Assembly (NCBI GenBank): GCA_964016885.1
Contig: OZ024743.1
Coordinates: 165,106,001 to 165,170,000, forward strand
DNA: 64,000 nucleotides
Source of the DNA: Eledone cirrhosa
Lineage: Eukaryota
Reading direction: 5' to 3'
The translations under genes were made by a program, and so were the position numbers. Under the pieces are notes generated by a model. It ran no database searches. It was not told the DNA's origin and worked only from the letters and a program-made list of their open reading frames with translations. This document shows positions 61,861 through 64,000 of the stretch, piece by piece; the stretch's first letter is position 1; each line of letters opens with the position of its first letter.

Positions 61861-64000
61861 TCAGGATGCCCTAGTCGGCTGCAAAAGGCGCAAGTCATCC
61901 AGTTTGCATGATCTGCCCTACAAACTTTACAGGCACATTCAAAACAACACCAATACCACCACCACAACCACCCAAACGAAAATTCGCACAACCTGAACAA
62001 CCAATAAGACACACCAAACTTTGTGTTAATAAGAAGAGCTAACCAAGAACTGATGACCCTAATAGCACAAAGTGGGGAAATTGAGAAAGAAGGGGAGATT
62101 TTTGCCATCAGTACTTTCAAAGTAACACAATCACAGATAATTTTGTGAATGGCACCACAAACATATAAAAAAATTAGATAGAGCTTCCTGAAGGATGGAA
62201 TCTCAAATATAAAAGCAACAAGCAGGCTTTTAAATGAATTCCCAAAAGAACACCCATCAGACATGGAGATTGAATCACCAGCCATGGAGATTGAACCACC
62301 TGATCTCTAACAGAGCCCAGAGGGTAAGTAGCCCCACACCTAATTTTTTTCCTCTTTTGATCAACCAGCCAACATGGTTATCTTAAGAATTGGTTACATA
62401 AATGTTTGTGGTCAGGAGTTGTCCTGGAAGCATGGTCACTTGCTGAATGACCTCAGGTCACTTGATATGGATGTGATTTCTGACACACGCGCACTAGACC
62501 CCATTTTTGATGACTATCAGATTTTCACATTTCTTAGTTGGATGGGAATGGGCGGTGGGGTGGCAGTACTGTTTAGGAAAGGACAATCTTCCTGGACCTG
62601 GATGGTGAGTTTGTGGTCCTGGATGTGAACAATAGCGAAGGTGGGGCTGGACGGCCAGACTTCTTTAGGCACCCAGAAGCCTTTCTGGTAACATCTCACC
62701 CTTTACTGGGATTGTGTGGGAGTAGCTGATTGGAGCAGGGGTGCAAAAGCCTAAAGTACCTGATCAGCCAGTTCCAACTGTCTGATGTTATCGGCCTTTT
62801 GCAGCACTCAGCATAGGCAGGTGAGAGTTGCGGAAGGCCATCAAGGTAGGAATTGATGTCTTCTACCATCTCTCCCCCGAACAGCCAAAAGGCTGTACAC
62901 ATCTGCCTGGAATTGTTCGGCATGTGTTCATCTCAGTGCGCCAGTGTTGACCTGGACCAACTGCATAGGGTAATCTAGATCGTATATAGATAGGTTTTCC
63001 ACATTTCCAAATGATTGCCTATTCAAATTTGGGATCTGCACAGAATATGTAAGCTAGACTTGGTTACTGGAAGCTGAACATGTCATTCCTGGTGCATAAA
63101 GCCGAGAGCGGATCACCACTTTAGTTAAGTGTAAGTTGACAGGGGGAGGGGTCATCAACAGCAGGTGGTGGAGTGCTCTCAAGAGTGAGATTGGAGAAGT
63201 TCCAATGGGTTTTAGTAAAGTAGTATTAGAAAAAAATAGAAAGGAGGGGAGCTGGTAGCTAAGTTAGTTGAGGCAATAAGAAGTGGCATTACAACTAACG
63301 TGCTAGCAGCGAGAATGCCATTAGACCATTTCTTCAATGCAAAACACGAAGGTTTGCATTGTCAGAGCTAGACACATGCTCTAAGAAAAGAAAGCACAAA
63401 AGCTATTCGATGGGCCTGAGTGACAGAGGCACAGAGTGGTAGCAAAATAGACCGAGATGAACACATGCCGAACAATTCCAGGCAGATGTGTACAGCCTTT
63501 TGGCTGTTCGGGGGAGAGATGGTAGAAGACATCAATTCCTACCTTGATGGCCTTCCGCAACTCTCACCTGCCTATGCTGAATGCTGCAAAAGGCCGATAA
63601 CATCAGCCAAGATTTGGAATACCCTGATCAGTTGCATGAGGCGTAAGTCACCTGGTTTGGATAGTCTGCCCAAGTTTTACATAGATATGCCAGACTTGTT
63701 CTTCGATCTCCTTGAAGCGATCTACTGCAACTGGCAGCAGACCAGGAATATTCCCAGTTCTGTGAGTCGAGTCATAGTAACACTGATTAGGAAAGATGAG
63801 AACAAGGCAGCTGGCTTTGTGTCCTGTCTTCAGAGGCTGGATCACTGCAATGCACAGAGGCATCTGCTTGGTGGTCAACGTAAATGGCCACCTTTCGGAA
63901 CTGTTTTAGATCACGCAATCAGTCTGTGAACAGTGCCCTCTCTCCTCCCTTCTGTACATATTGACTCCCAAGCCTTTACTGGAGAAGCTAGAGCTGTTGC
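61860..64000 (+). mobile_element. Degenerate L1/Tx1-like LINE, copy 2 (ORF1 end; ORF2 from 62374; runs off the window)
   Basis: Collinear with copy 1: MVILRIGYINVCG, GYWKLNMS, RKSPGLDSLPKFY, and a CPLSP-like remnant near 63935. Confidence 0.75.

Overview
Eukaryotic (metazoan) genomic DNA. The RTE LINE, SINE and microsatellite landscape suggests a cephalopod such as octopus, but this is inference. One host gene is present: eight well-supported 3' exons (plus two tentative ones) of a coiled-coil protein resembling SCLT1, on the minus strand at about 17.9-54.0 kb and continuing beyond the window. Its introns are filled with decayed TEs: RTE, R4/Dong and L1/Tx1 LINEs, a Helitron, hAT-Buster, a DD37D Tc1/mariner, MITEs and SINEs. 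Positions 1-14 kb are a nest of Gypsy LTR elements: four CsRn1-like elements (TGTAG...CTAAA termini, tRNA-Trp PBS, CHCC gag in A-C, 4-bp TSDs visible for C and D) in and around an older Gypsy element that has no tRNA PBS. The most notable observations are: (1) a non-coding LTR element carrying a 32-nt copy of mature tRNA-Trp with a mismatch exactly at m1A58, next to a second PBS; (2) a co-varying -1 frameshift pseudoknot in three elements; (3) evidence that a defective element plus its nested passenger retrotransposed as one unit; (4) LTR/leader palindromes covering the polyA signal; (5) a splice donor overlapping the ORF1 stop in two L1/Tx1 copies. All calls were made by eye with no database search, and family assignments rely on remembered motifs.
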